From NCBI GenBank assembly GCA_049514215.1, contig JBEKVI010000021.1, positions 1 through 64,000 of the forward strand: DNA of 64,000 bases, read 5' to 3'. A program made the position numbers and the translations under genes. Position 1 is the stretch's first letter. Each line of letters opens with the position of its first letter. The stretch is from Burkholderiaceae bacterium. GTDB lineage: Bacteria; Pseudomonadota; Gammaproteobacteria; Burkholderiales; Burkholderiaceae_D. The notes beneath the pieces are model-generated. The model saw only the letters and a list, made by a program, of their open reading frames with translations, made no database searches and was not told the origin of the DNA. Positions 18,174 to 27,409 of this stretch are shown here, in pieces.

Positions 18174-19895
18174 TCATGCCGCTTCGGCCTGCTCGATTAC
18201 GAGTTGCAGGCGCGCGACGCCGCGAAAGCTGTCTTCGGCGAGCCGGTAGGCAAGCCGCGCGCGTGGGGGCAGGGCATCGCAATGGTTGAACCAGATCGCC
18301 TCGAAGCTGCGACCGGCGTCACTGCGCAAGACGAGCTTGAGGTGTTTGTCCTGGAGGACTTGCTGTTTCACGACCATGAACTCGTTGCAGAAGAGGGGAA
18401 TCGCGAAGCCCTGTCCCCAGACCTCGGCGGCGATCGCCCGCGCCGTGGCCGCGGTGGCCTCGGCGTCGTCGAGCGGCCCGTCGACTTCGAGCGTGCGCGC
18501 GAGCAGCTTAGGGTCGAGCGTCGCGCTCACGGCCGCCTCGAAAGCCTCGGAAAATGCGTCAAAGGCCGTCTTCTCGATGGTCAGGCCCGCGGCCATGGCG
18601 TGCCCTCCGAACCGTTGGATCAATCCGGGATGGCGTTTGCTGACGAGATCGAGGACATCGCGCAGATGCAGACCAAGGATCGATCGCCCCGAGCCTCTCA
18701 GGGTGCCGTCGGCATTCGGTGCAAACGCGACGGTGGGACGGTGAAAGCGGTCCTTCAGCCGCGAGGCCAGGATTCCGACCACGCCCTGGTGCCAGGCTGC
18801 ATCGTAGAGGCAAAGGCTTGCGCGATGCGAGGCGATCGATTCGGCGCCCAGCCGTTCCACCAGCTCGAGCGCCGTGGTTTGCATCTGTTCTTCGATGCCT
18901 CGCCTTTCCCGGTTGATCGCATCGAGCTGTTGCGCGATTTCAAGCGCTCTTTCGAAGTCGTCGGTCAAAAGACATTCGATTCCGAGCGCCATGTCTGCAA
19001 GGCGGCCGGCGGCGTTTAAGCGCGGACCCAGCGCGAACCCCAGATCGTGGACACTGGCGAGCCGCGCCTGCCGGCCAGCGGCCAGAAAAAGCGCAGTGAT
19101 GCCTGGTTGCGTCCGCCCCGCCTGGATGCGCTGCAGCCCCTGGGCGACGAGCCGCCGGTTGTTCGGGTCCAAGCGCACGACGTCGGCGACCGTCCCCAGG
19201 GCGACGAGACCCAAAAGGCTGTCCAGGCGCGGTTGCGGCGCTTCGCGATACGCGCCCAGTGCGCGCAGGTGCGCGCGCAAAGCCAGGAGAACGTAGAACA
19301 TCACGCCCACTCCCGCCAAGTGCTTGCTCGGAAAGCGGCACCCCGGCTGATTTGGGTTGACGATGCAAGCTGCCTCGGGAAGGACATCGGCCGCCAGATG
19401 ATGGTCGGTGACGAGGACGTCGATGCCCAGCCGCCGCGCCTCGAGAGCCCCTTCCACGCTCGCGATCCCGTTGTCGACCGTGATGATGAGATCGGGCCGG
19501 AAACGCTCGTGGGTCAGGCGAACGATTTCCGGCGTAAGGCCATAGCCGTATTCGAAGCGGTTGGGCACGACATACTCGATCTTCGCCCCGAACAGGCGCA
19601 GGCCCCGTACACCCACCGCACAGGCCGTGGCTCCGTCGCAGTCATAGTCGGCCACGATCACCATTTTCTTGTCGGCGGCGATCGCGGCGGCCAGAAGCTT
19701 TGCCGCATCCTCCACGTTCTTTAATGTGTCGGGCGGCAAGAGCTGACCGAGCTCGAGATTGAGTTCGGCCGCATCGAGCACCCCACGGGCGGCAAACAGT
19801 CGCGCGAAAAGCGGGGAGACCCCCGCCTCGACCAGTCTGCGCAAGGCAGGTTCATGAATCGGCCGTGCCACGAGTTGCATCGAAGAGGTGCCCAT
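18174..19895 (-). CDS. recJ: Single-stranded-DNA-specific exonuclease RecJ
   Basis: DHH/DHHA1 motifs (VIVADYDCDGATACAVG, TVDNGIASVEGA, VTDHHLAADVLPEA, GGHAMAAGLTIE), colinear with E. coli RecJ. The long N-terminal extension of ORF 18174..20432 is discarded; start placed at MGTSSMQLV. Confidence 0.9.
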   Translation of the reverse strand: MGTSSMQLVARPIHEPALRRLVEAGVSPLFARLFAARGVLDAAELNLELGQLLPPDTLKNVEDAAKLLAAAIAADKKMVIVADYDCDGATACAVGVRGLRLFGAKIEYVVPNRFEYGYGLTPEIVRLTHERFRPDLIITVDNGIASVEGALEARRLGIDVLVTDHHLAADVLPEAACIVNPNQPGCRFPSKHLAGVGVMFYVLLALRAHLRALGAYREAPQPRLDSLLGLVALGTVADVVRLDPNNRRLVAQGLQRIQAGRTQPGITALFLAAGRQARLASVHDLGFALGPRLNAAGRLADMALGIECLLTDDFERALEIAQQLDAINRERRGIEEQMQTTALELVERLGAESIASHRASLCLYDAAWHQGVVGILASRLKDRFHRPTVAFAPNADGTLRGSGRSILGLHLRDVLDLVSKRHPGLIQRFGGHAMAAGLTIEKTAFDAFSEAFEAAVSATLDPKLLARTLEVDGPLDDAEATAATARAIAAEVWGQGFAIPLFCNEFMVVKQQVLQDKHLKLVLRSDAGRSFEAIWFNHCDALPPRARLAYRLAEDSFRGVARLQLVIEQAEAA

Positions 19896-19900
19896 GGCTC

Positions 19901-20902
19901 TTAGGATAACGCGGCTTCGGGCGCTGCCAGGAGCTCGTGCGGCGTTCCGCGTTGCCACACTTTCCAGAAGTCGCGCCGCTTCAGACGTACCGTGCGCAGC
20001 GTCGCGGTATCGCACAACACCAGGATGAGTTCCTTCAGCATGCCCGAGCGCACCTCGGCGATACGCTGGCCTATCCGGATGTCGAGCTCCTGCAGTGCTT
20101 CTTGCCAGGCGATCCAGTCTTCGCGCCGGGCAGGATCGGAAAGCCCCTGGAAAGTCTCGAGCGCGAGCCTTGGTTTTTCGCTCGTGCCCAAAGCCGACCA
20201 GGGCATGGCACTTTGGCGCACATCCGAGTAGCGCAGCCGTGGCATGTCGGTGGATCCATTGCCCGAAAGCCAGAGGGTGTTCACGACGGGTTGGCCTTCG
20301 GCCTCGCGCGCGGTATTGACGCCGTGCGTAAACCAGGTCATCTGGATCTCGTTTTGCGCGTTGCGCCAGGCGCGCGCGGCTTCCTCGTCGCCCTCGGGCA
20401 GCCAGTCGAGAAGACTTCGGCCAATGGCGCATTCGATGCTGGCCCCGCGAAGGCGAAGCGCACGGTGGGAACGCAGGAGCCAGCGTTCACGGGAGGCGAC
20501 CTCCAGGTCGAATCCATGATCCGCGAGGATCGGGCGCGCCATGGCCGCAAGCGCTTGGCTTTCCGCGTCGTCTAGTGCGAGCTCGGCCGGATTTCCGAGC
20601 ACCAGCTGGTTTTGCCCGACGGTGAAATGTGCTGGTTCGAGCATCCAGAGGGAAGCGTTGGGCAAAGGCGGGGCGGCATCGAGCGCGTTGGCCCAGGCGA
20701 GCGCAAGATTCGCGTTGGAATCCCCCAGTATCCACTGCTGCGCTGCCGTCAATGGCGCCTGGCCCTCGAGAGGGACGATGCTTTTGGCCGAGCCCCGCAT
20801 CGCGACCAAGCGCAAGGCCGGAAGATTGAGCCCCGCCACGAGTGCGGGTGCGATCTCGGCCGGAATCAGGGCGTCGGGCACGACGATTTCCAGGGCATCC
20901 AT
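19901..20902 (-). CDS. Conserved hypothetical protein adjacent to recJ (possibly RpfE-type family)
   Basis: 333 aa from MDALEIVVPDALIPAEIAP. No recognisable catalytic motif. Sits immediately upstream of recJ, a position occupied by rpfE-like genes in some proteobacteria (from memory, unverified). Confidence 0.4.
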   Translation of the reverse strand: MDALEIVVPDALIPAEIAPALVAGLNLPALRLVAMRGSAKSIVPLEGQAPLTAAQQWILGDSNANLALAWANALDAAPPLPNASLWMLEPAHFTVGQNQLVLGNPAELALDDAESQALAAMARPILADHGFDLEVASRERWLLRSHRALRLRGASIECAIGRSLLDWLPEGDEEAARAWRNAQNEIQMTWFTHGVNTAREAEGQPVVNTLWLSGNGSTDMPRLRYSDVRQSAMPWSALGTSEKPRLALETFQGLSDPARREDWIAWQEALQELDIRIGQRIAEVRSGMLKELILVLCDTATLRTVRLKRRDFWKVWQRGTPHELLAAPEAALS

Positions 20903-20929
20903 GCGGGCGAATTGTAGGCCATCGAAACT

Positions 20930-22237
20930 ATGGCAAACTTCTCGCTTCCCCCTTTCACGGCCAGGCCGCATTTGACACTTCCGTTCGAGCTGCAAATTGG
21001 ATTGCGCTATACGCGCGCCGGAAAACGGCGCCAGGGCGCGGGCTCTGGCAATGGTCTCATCTCCTTCGTGTCCCTGATCTCCGTACTGGGCATCGGCTTG
21101 GGGGTCGCAGCGCTCATCACGGTGCTCTCTGTCATGAACGGGTTTCAGAAGGAGGTCCGCGACCGGATGCTGGGGGTCCTGGCCCATATTGAGATATCGG
21201 CCGCGAGCGGCAGCATCGGCGACTGGCAGGCCCTGGCCAATGACGCCCGACGCAATCGCGAGGTCACCGGCGCTGCGCCTTATGTGACCGGTCAGGTCCT
21301 TCTGACGCGGGGCGACACCTTTCGGGGTGCCCTGCTGCGGGGCGTGTTGCCCTCAGCCGAACCCCAGGTGTCGGATCTCGATCGCGACATGATCCTTGGC
21401 CATCTCACGGACCTGGTCCCCGGCGAATTCGGGATTGTTCTGGGCTCGGAACTTGCCCGCTCGTTTGGCGTTGGTCGAGGCGACAAGGTCACGATGGTGG
21501 TGCCCGAAGGGCAGGTGACTCCGGCCGGGGTCATGCCCCGCTTTCGCCAGTTCACGGTGGTGGGCGTGTTCGAATCGGGGCACTACGAATACGACAGCAC
21601 GCTTGCGCTCGTACAGATCGATGACGCCACCAAACTCTTTCGGCAAGACGGCTACACCGGTGTGCGCCTGAAACTGCGCGACATGCAGGATGCGCCCGAA
21701 GTCGCCTACGCGCTCTCGCGCCAGCTACGCGGGGATTACCTGGTGCTCGACTGGACCCAGCAGAACCGCAACTGGTTCGCGGCCGTCCAAACCGAGAAGA
21801 AAATGATGGCCGTCATCCTTGCGCTCATCATCATGGTGGCAGCGACGAACCTGGTTTCTTCGCTCGTCATGACCGTGCGCGACAAACAATCCGACATCGC
21901 GATCCTGCGCACGCTCGGTGCGGCGCCCGGCTCGATCACGGCGATTTTTGTGATCCAGGGCGCGCTAATCGGACTGCTCGGATGCGGGGCAGGCGTTCTT
22001 TTGGGCGTGTTCCTCTCGCTGAACATCGGATCGATCGTCTCGGGAATCGAGAATCTGTTTGGCGTGAGTTTTCTGCCCAAGGACGTCTATTTCATCAATA
22101 CCATGCCTTCGGACATGCACCTGTCCGACATCGTGGTCATCGGCTGCTTCTCGATCGTGCTAAGCCTCGTTGCGACGCTCTATCCGAGCTGGCGCGCGGC
22201 GCGCGTCCAGCCGGCCGACGCGCTACGCTACGACTGA
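20930..22237 (+). CDS. lolC: Lipoprotein-release ABC transporter permease (LolC/LolE family, FtsX fold)
   Basis: LPFELQIGLRYTRAGKRRQG...ISFVSLISVLGIGLGVAALITVLSVMNGFQKEVRDRMLGVLAHIEI is colinear with LolC/E. 4 TM segments plus a periplasmic domain. Confidence 0.9.
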   Translation: MANFSLPPFTARPHLTLPFELQIGLRYTRAGKRRQGAGSGNGLISFVSLISVLGIGLGVAALITVLSVMNGFQKEVRDRMLGVLAHIEISAASGSIGDWQALANDARRNREVTGAAPYVTGQVLLTRGDTFRGALLRGVLPSAEPQVSDLDRDMILGHLTDLVPGEFGIVLGSELARSFGVGRGDKVTMVVPEGQVTPAGVMPRFRQFTVVGVFESGHYEYDSTLALVQIDDATKLFRQDGYTGVRLKLRDMQDAPEVAYALSRQLRGDYLVLDWTQQNRNWFAAVQTEKKMMAVILALIIMVAATNLVSSLVMTVRDKQSDIAILRTLGAAPGSITAIFVIQGALIGLLGCGAGVLLGVFLSLNIGSIVSGIENLFGVSFLPKDVYFINTMPSDMHLSDIVVIGCFSIVLSLVATLYPSWRAARVQPADALRYD

Positions 22238-22719
22238 TGATGGATTGTCTCGTGCGTCGCGCCAAGGAATGCGAGGCTCAGGAACTCACGGCGCTTGCAT
22301 TGCGCGCCAAGGCGGCTTGGGGCTACGCTGGCGAACAGCTTCGCCAATGGGCAGCCGAGCTCTCGATTGGAACTGAATTGGTGCGGGAGAACCTGTGTCT
22401 GGTCGCCGAGCGTGAAGGACAGATCGTCGGTTGCGCGATCGTCCTTAAGCGCAGCTCCGAGTGGATCCTCGACGCGCTCTGGGTCGAGCCCAACCTCTTC
22501 GGGCAGGGAGTCGGAACGCGGCTTTTGCAGGACGCTGCGGCGAACGCACGACAGGAGGGGGCGTGTAGGCTCACCATTGATGCAGACCCCAACGCCGAGG
22601 GATTCTATGCGTCCCGGGGCGCATGCACCGTGGCTCGGGTAGCCGCACCGATTGCAGAGGATCCGGCCCGCATGCGTCCCCAGATGGTTCTAGGGCTCGT
22701 CGGCGGCCCTTCCTCATAA
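22237..22719 (+). CDS. GNAT family N-acetyltransferase
   Basis: 160 aa. Acetyl-CoA-binding motif (QIVGCAIVLKRSSEWILDALWVEPNLFGQGVGTRLL). Start ATG overlaps the lolC TGA (TGATG). Confidence 0.7.
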   Translation: MMDCLVRRAKECEAQELTALALRAKAAWGYAGEQLRQWAAELSIGTELVRENLCLVAEREGQIVGCAIVLKRSSEWILDALWVEPNLFGQGVGTRLLQDAAANARQEGACRLTIDADPNAEGFYASRGACTVARVAAPIAEDPARMRPQMVLGLVGGPSS

Positions 22720-22743
22720 AAAACTCTTCTTCGGAGACCAATC

Positions 22744-23346
22744 ATGAAACTTGTGGGCTTGTACGATTCACCGTTCGTGCGCCGAGTGGCCATCTCCTTG
22801 CACGTACAGGGCTACACGTTTCATCATGTTCCGCTTTCGGTCTTTCGCAATATCGACGCGTTTCGCCTCTACAATCCCCTGATCAAGGCCCCAACGCTCG
22901 TCCTCACCGACGGCACCGTACTGGCCGAGAGCAGCTTGATCCTGGATTACCTCGATGAGCGTGTGGAGCGGCGCCTCGTTCCTGGCGCCGGGTCCGAGCG
23001 GGTGGCGGCGCTGCAGACGATCGGCACCGCACTTGTCGCCTGCGAAAAAGTGGCCGCCTGCGTCTATGAGACTGAGCTGCGTCCCGTCGAGAAGCACTAC
23101 GCTCCCGTGATCGATCGCTATCGCGGCCAGATTGCGACGGCGCTTGAGATCTTGGACGGCAAGGGCATTACGCTCGCAGTGGGTCAGCCGCTCGATCAGG
23201 TTGTGATCACCACGGCTGTGGCCTATCGTTTTGCCGGACACGCGATTCCCGACCTTCTAGGGCACGGCCGCTATCCGCATCTCGCGGCGCTTTCGGCGCA
23301 GTGCGAGGAACTACCGGCCTTCCTGTCCGCGCCCCTGGAGGGTTGA
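22744..23346 (+). CDS. Glutathione S-transferase
   Basis: GST N-domain ([19 protein letters not shown]...[21 protein letters not shown]) and C-domain. RBS GGAGAC. Confidence 0.8.
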   Translation: MKLVGLYDSPFVRRVAISLHVQGYTFHHVPLSVFRNIDAFRLYNPLIKAPTLVLTDGTVLAESSLILDYLDERVERRLVPGAGSERVAALQTIGTALVACEKVAACVYETELRPVEKHYAPVIDRYRGQIATALEILDGKGITLAVGQPLDQVVITTAVAYRFAGHAIPDLLGHGRYPHLAALSAQCEELPAFLSAPLEG

Positions 23347-24014
23347 TGCCGACGGTGCTATCGGCCGAGCATCTCGCCAAGACCTTTCGTCTTGGACCCA
23401 CCACAGTGGAAGTGCTGCGCGATGTCAATCTGTCCATCGCGCAAAGCGAAACGGTGGCCATTGTCGGCGCATCAGGTTCGGGCAAGAGCACGCTGCTGCA
23501 TTGCTTGGGGGGCCTTGATGCGCCCACGCACGGCAAGGTGTTCGTCGATGGCGTTGACCTCGCCACCCTTTCTGAGCAGGGGCGTGGCAAGGTCCGCAAT
23601 GAGCGTCTTGGGTTCGTGTACCAGTTTCATCATCTCCTGGCCGAGTTTTCGGCCGAGGACAACGTGGCCATGCCCCTGCGCATCCGTCGCATGCCCGCAA
23701 TAAAGGCCCGTAACGCCGCGCGCGCCATGCTCGAACGCGTCGGCCTCGGGCACCGGCTCGAGCACCGGCCCGGAGAGCTTTCGGGCGGCGAGCGCCAGAG
23801 AGCGGCGCTCGCCCGGGCGCTGGTCACCGAGCCCGCCTGTGTGCTTGCCGACGAGCCGACCGGCAATCTGGATCGCGGGACGGCACACGAAATCTTCAAC
23901 CTCTTGCTGGAGCTCAATAGCGGCCTTAAGACCAGTTTTGTTGTGGTCACGCACGATCTGGAACTGGCCGGTCAGATGAATCGCACGCTTTCATTGCGCG
24001 ACGGTGCGCTCTAG
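23346..24014 (+). CDS. lolD: Lipoprotein-release ABC transporter ATP-binding protein
   Basis: Walker [10 protein letters not shown], signature LSGGERQR, Walker [12 protein letters not shown]. Start overlaps the GST stop (TGATG). Confidence 0.85.
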   Translation: MPTVLSAEHLAKTFRLGPTTVEVLRDVNLSIAQSETVAIVGASGSGKSTLLHCLGGLDAPTHGKVFVDGVDLATLSEQGRGKVRNERLGFVYQFHHLLAEFSAEDNVAMPLRIRRMPAIKARNAARAMLERVGLGHRLEHRPGELSGGERQRAALARALVTEPACVLADEPTGNLDRGTAHEIFNLLLELNSGLKTSFVVVTHDLELAGQMNRTLSLRDGAL

Positions 24015-24027
24015 CGAGGGCTTGTGA

Positions 24028-24906
24028 ATGGACGAGGCCGGATCGACGAGCGGGCAGAACGATCGCGCGACGCCGTCCGAGGTGGGCTGGATCGATACGC
24101 ACTGCCACCTGGACGCATCGGAATTCGATTTGGATCGCGATGCGGTCGTCGACGGTGCGCGTGCCAACGGGGTCCGTCAGATCGTCATTCCCGCCGTCCA
24201 CGTTGGCAACTTCGCGGCCGTACGCGCTCTCGCACACAGGATTCCGGGTGCGGCCTATGCGCTCGGGATTCATCCCATGGCGACGCCCCATTCCCAGAAA
24301 AGCGACATCGAACGCCTTCTGGAGGCGCTCGAGGCGTCTCGGGACGATCCAAAGCTGGTCGCCATTGGTGAGATCGGGCTGGATTATTTCGTCACCGACC
24401 TCAAATCGGACTCCGCGCGTGACACCCAGGAGTGGTTCTATCGCGAGCAACTCAAGCTCGCCAGACGGTTCGCTCTACCCGTCATCTTGCACGTGCGCCG
24501 CTCGGCCGACCGCCTGCTGAAGGACTTGCGTCAGATCGAAGTGCCAGGAGGGATCGGCCACGCCTTTAATGGAAGTGAACAGCAGGCCCAGGGTTTCGTG
24601 GATCTGGGCTTTCGTCTCGGGTTCGGGGGAGCGATGACCTTCGAGAGGGCATTGCAGATCCGCCGGCTTGCGCAGTCCTTGCCCGAGACGGTACCCGTGC
24701 TTGAGACCGATGCCCCGGATATCGCACCGGCCTGGCTCTATCGTCAGCGTAATGCTCCCGGGGAGTTGCCGCGCATCGCGGAGACGCTCGCTTTGCTGCG
24801 GCGCTGGAGCCCTCTTGAGACCGCACGAATAACAACCGAAAACGCCTACGCGGCGCTGCCTCGCCTTAAGGCCCTTGGCCAGTCGGCCACGCAAACGGCT
24901 CGCTAG
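24028..24906 (+). CDS. tatD: TatD-family metal-dependent hydrolase/DNase
   Basis: IDTHCHLD motif, GIHP, EIGLDY, LPVILHVR, ETDAPD. Confidence 0.85.
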   Translation: MDEAGSTSGQNDRATPSEVGWIDTHCHLDASEFDLDRDAVVDGARANGVRQIVIPAVHVGNFAAVRALAHRIPGAAYALGIHPMATPHSQKSDIERLLEALEASRDDPKLVAIGEIGLDYFVTDLKSDSARDTQEWFYREQLKLARRFALPVILHVRRSADRLLKDLRQIEVPGGIGHAFNGSEQQAQGFVDLGFRLGFGGAMTFERALQIRRLAQSLPETVPVLETDAPDIAPAWLYRQRNAPGELPRIAETLALLRRWSPLETARITTENAYAALPRLKALGQSATQTAR

Positions 24907-24918
24907 GCCAGAATGAGT

Positions 24919-24960
24919 GACGGGGCGAAAGCCGCAATTGGCTTTCGCCCCGTCTTTTCG
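24919..24960 (+). terminator. Rho-independent terminator hairpin between convergent tatD and flotillin genes
   Basis: Perfect 15-bp stem GACGGGGCGAAAGCC / GGCTTTCGCCCCGTC, 6-nt loop GCAATT, followed by TTTTCG. Confidence 0.7.
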
Positions 24961-24976
24961 CGTGCGCAACAACCGA

Positions 24977-27040
24977 TTACGTGCTGCCGCCCGACGAGTC
25001 ACCGTGGCTCGATGCGCCGTTTAAGCCCGCGCCACCGCGCACACCACCGCCTTCCAGACGGCTCGAGGCGCCTCGCAGGAGCCCGCTGCTCGCCCTCGGT
25101 GCGAACCCAGCGCCCTGCTCGCGCACCACGAGGGCAAGTAGGGCATCGACTAGTGAGCCCCCGGCGCTGGTGCCATCACCGGAGCCGCCCACCTGGATCT
25201 GCGGGACGATGGGAATGCCGCCCGCTTTGATGGCGTCGGCGAAACGCTCGAAAACCTGTTGCGCCAATTGATACTCAGGCCCGCCAAACGCGTCGACTTT
25301 CAAGCGCGTTGCGCTGGCTTCGGCTCCTCCGACTTTCGCAATGCGTTGAGCCTCGCCTTCGCCCAGCAGCGTGAGTCGCTCCGCTTCGGCGCCAGCAGCA
25401 ATGCGGATGCGTCGCGCGTCCTGTTCGGCAAACGCCGCCGCGGCCCGGCCTTCATTGGCCCGGACTTCGACCGAAAGGAGGGAGCGCGTGATATCGCCTT
25501 GCTGGGCCGCCTTGGCTTCTGCCTCGCGCAGGGTACGCTCCTGAATGGCGGCACGTTCGCGCAATTCAAAGGTTGCAACCTGCTCGATGGCGATTTGGCG
25601 TTCGCGCAGCTGACGCAGGATCTCCTCGATCTGGCCATTGGCCCGGTCCGACGAGCGCGGGGTGCCGATGAGGACCTCCTGCAATTCGAGCGAATAGGCG
25701 GCAAACTTGGTCTTCATGTCTTCGGAGCTCAGGCGTTGAATATCGGAGCGCTCTTGCAAAAGCTCGATCAAGGTCTTGGTCTGGGCGATATTTTTGAAAT
25801 AGGCCGAGACCATGGGGTCCAGGGTCTGTTCGACTAGACGCCGGATGTCGCCGAAACGCTGTACCACCAAGGGCGCTTTCATGTAATCGATGTGAACCAC
25901 GACCGACAGCGGGAGCGAGGGCTCGAAGGCATCCTTGGTGATGAGCGAGACTTCCTTCAGGTTCTGGTCAAACTTGTGTTCGCTCGTCACCTCTGCGCTC
26001 CATTTCAGAATGAAGTTCGTCGTAGGAACGAGGACGACTTGGCCGGCATAGGTGTTAAAAGCATATTTGCCGGGCAGAAGCGGAGTGGCCCACACGCCGC
26101 GAAACCCGGTCTCGACCAGCTCCCCATGGCGGTAGGCATCGCCCGAGACATCCCTGCCTTGTTTTCCGGTGTAGGAGACGACGACGCCGGCGTGTCCGAC
26201 CGGAATGACGGTCTTTCCAATCAGTTCCACCGTGGCGAAGAGTCGGTTCAGGTAGTACGAGCCATCCACGAGGACCTGGTACTGGCGCCCCCGATATCCG
26301 GCCTTCAGAAACCGGTCCGGATCCTGAAAATTGTTGTGAAAGGCCGCCGAGCCCGGCGCATCTCCAACCGCGGGCGCGATGATCTCGCCAGCCGGTAGCG
26401 CCGGTCCGTCATGGATGGTCACGACGCCAACCAAATCATCGCGGTCCTTGATGACCAGGGGCGTATACCCATGCCGTTCCTCGAGCGTGGCTCCGGTCTG
26501 TGCGAAAAGCGCCTCCTCGCTCGCGTCCAGCTGGAGAGCGAAGAGCTTGCCTTCGGTCAAGACGACGAATTGGGCCAGATTTAAGGCATAGGTCCCTTCC
26601 CGCAGGATGGTCCGTTGGGGACCCTTTTGACCGCCGGCCAAGAGGAAGACACGCACGTTCTCGAAGGAGGCGGCCTCATCGTTAGAGGCGAGGGTCTGGC
26701 CGGCCGAGAGCGGGCGCCCGTCCCGGGCGAAGACGTAGCCGATCTGACCTTGCGTGATGGTCACGAGCGGGACATGATGGATCCGGTATTGAAACGGGGC
26801 GAAAAAATGAAAACCGCCCCGAAGCACTTCCGGCTGATAGCCGGCTTCACCGGCGAGCGCCATGAGGCCCGTCTCTACCGAACCCTGGGCACTCCAGATT
26901 TTTTCCACGATGCCGACCTGGCTGTTCGGAATGTATCGAATCACGCCTGAGATTCGGATGAGCCAGGCGAGAACCAGCACGGCAGCCACGACGTAGGCCG
27001 CCCGCGGAATGAGGCTCAATAGCTCACTTAAGGTATCCAT
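24977..27040 (-). CDS. Flotillin-like SPFH/band-7 domain membrane protein (YqiK-like)
   Basis: N-terminal TM (AAYVVAAVLVLAWLI), SPFH domain, long Ala/Glu/Arg coiled coil (EAEAKAAQQ...AERLTLLGEGEAQRIAKV), Gly/Ser-rich C-terminal tail. Confidence 0.75.
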   Translation of the reverse strand: MDTLSELLSLIPRAAYVVAAVLVLAWLIRISGVIRYIPNSQVGIVEKIWSAQGSVETGLMALAGEAGYQPEVLRGGFHFFAPFQYRIHHVPLVTITQGQIGYVFARDGRPLSAGQTLASNDEAASFENVRVFLLAGGQKGPQRTILREGTYALNLAQFVVLTEGKLFALQLDASEEALFAQTGATLEERHGYTPLVIKDRDDLVGVVTIHDGPALPAGEIIAPAVGDAPGSAAFHNNFQDPDRFLKAGYRGRQYQVLVDGSYYLNRLFATVELIGKTVIPVGHAGVVVSYTGKQGRDVSGDAYRHGELVETGFRGVWATPLLPGKYAFNTYAGQVVLVPTTNFILKWSAEVTSEHKFDQNLKEVSLITKDAFEPSLPLSVVVHIDYMKAPLVVQRFGDIRRLVEQTLDPMVSAYFKNIAQTKTLIELLQERSDIQRLSSEDMKTKFAAYSLELQEVLIGTPRSSDRANGQIEEILRQLRERQIAIEQVATFELRERAAIQERTLREAEAKAAQQGDITRSLLSVEVRANEGRAAAAFAEQDARRIRIAAGAEAERLTLLGEGEAQRIAKVGGAEASATRLKVDAFGGPEYQLAQQVFERFADAIKAGGIPIVPQIQVGGSGDGTSAGGSLVDALLALVVREQGAGFAPRASSGLLRGASSRLEGGGVRGGAGLNGASSHGDSSGGST

Positions 27041-27409
27041 AACACTTTCCTTCCTTTCTTTTTATGTGCCGCGCGACTCGGGCGGGACCTCCCCACCCGC
27101 GCTCCGGCAATCCCAGCCTAGGTTTGCCGCCATAAAGATTCCGTAAAAGCCGACTGACGGCAGGCGGTGGGGGACCAGGAACCGGCAGGCACAGGCTTGG
27201 TGCCGTGAGGCGTGGGGACCGCGTCAGGGTGTTACTCGGGTGCACCGAATCGGTGTGGGATGCCCGCAGACGAGTCGCGCGAATGCTCGTAAATGGCGCG
27301 CTTCTTGCTAAACTGCGGGGTCGAATGCCATGGGGATCAGGATTCGTCCGAAACATTATCCAAGGACGGGCACTGCGGTAAGTCAGCGTCACAGATTTGC
27401 GGGGACTGC

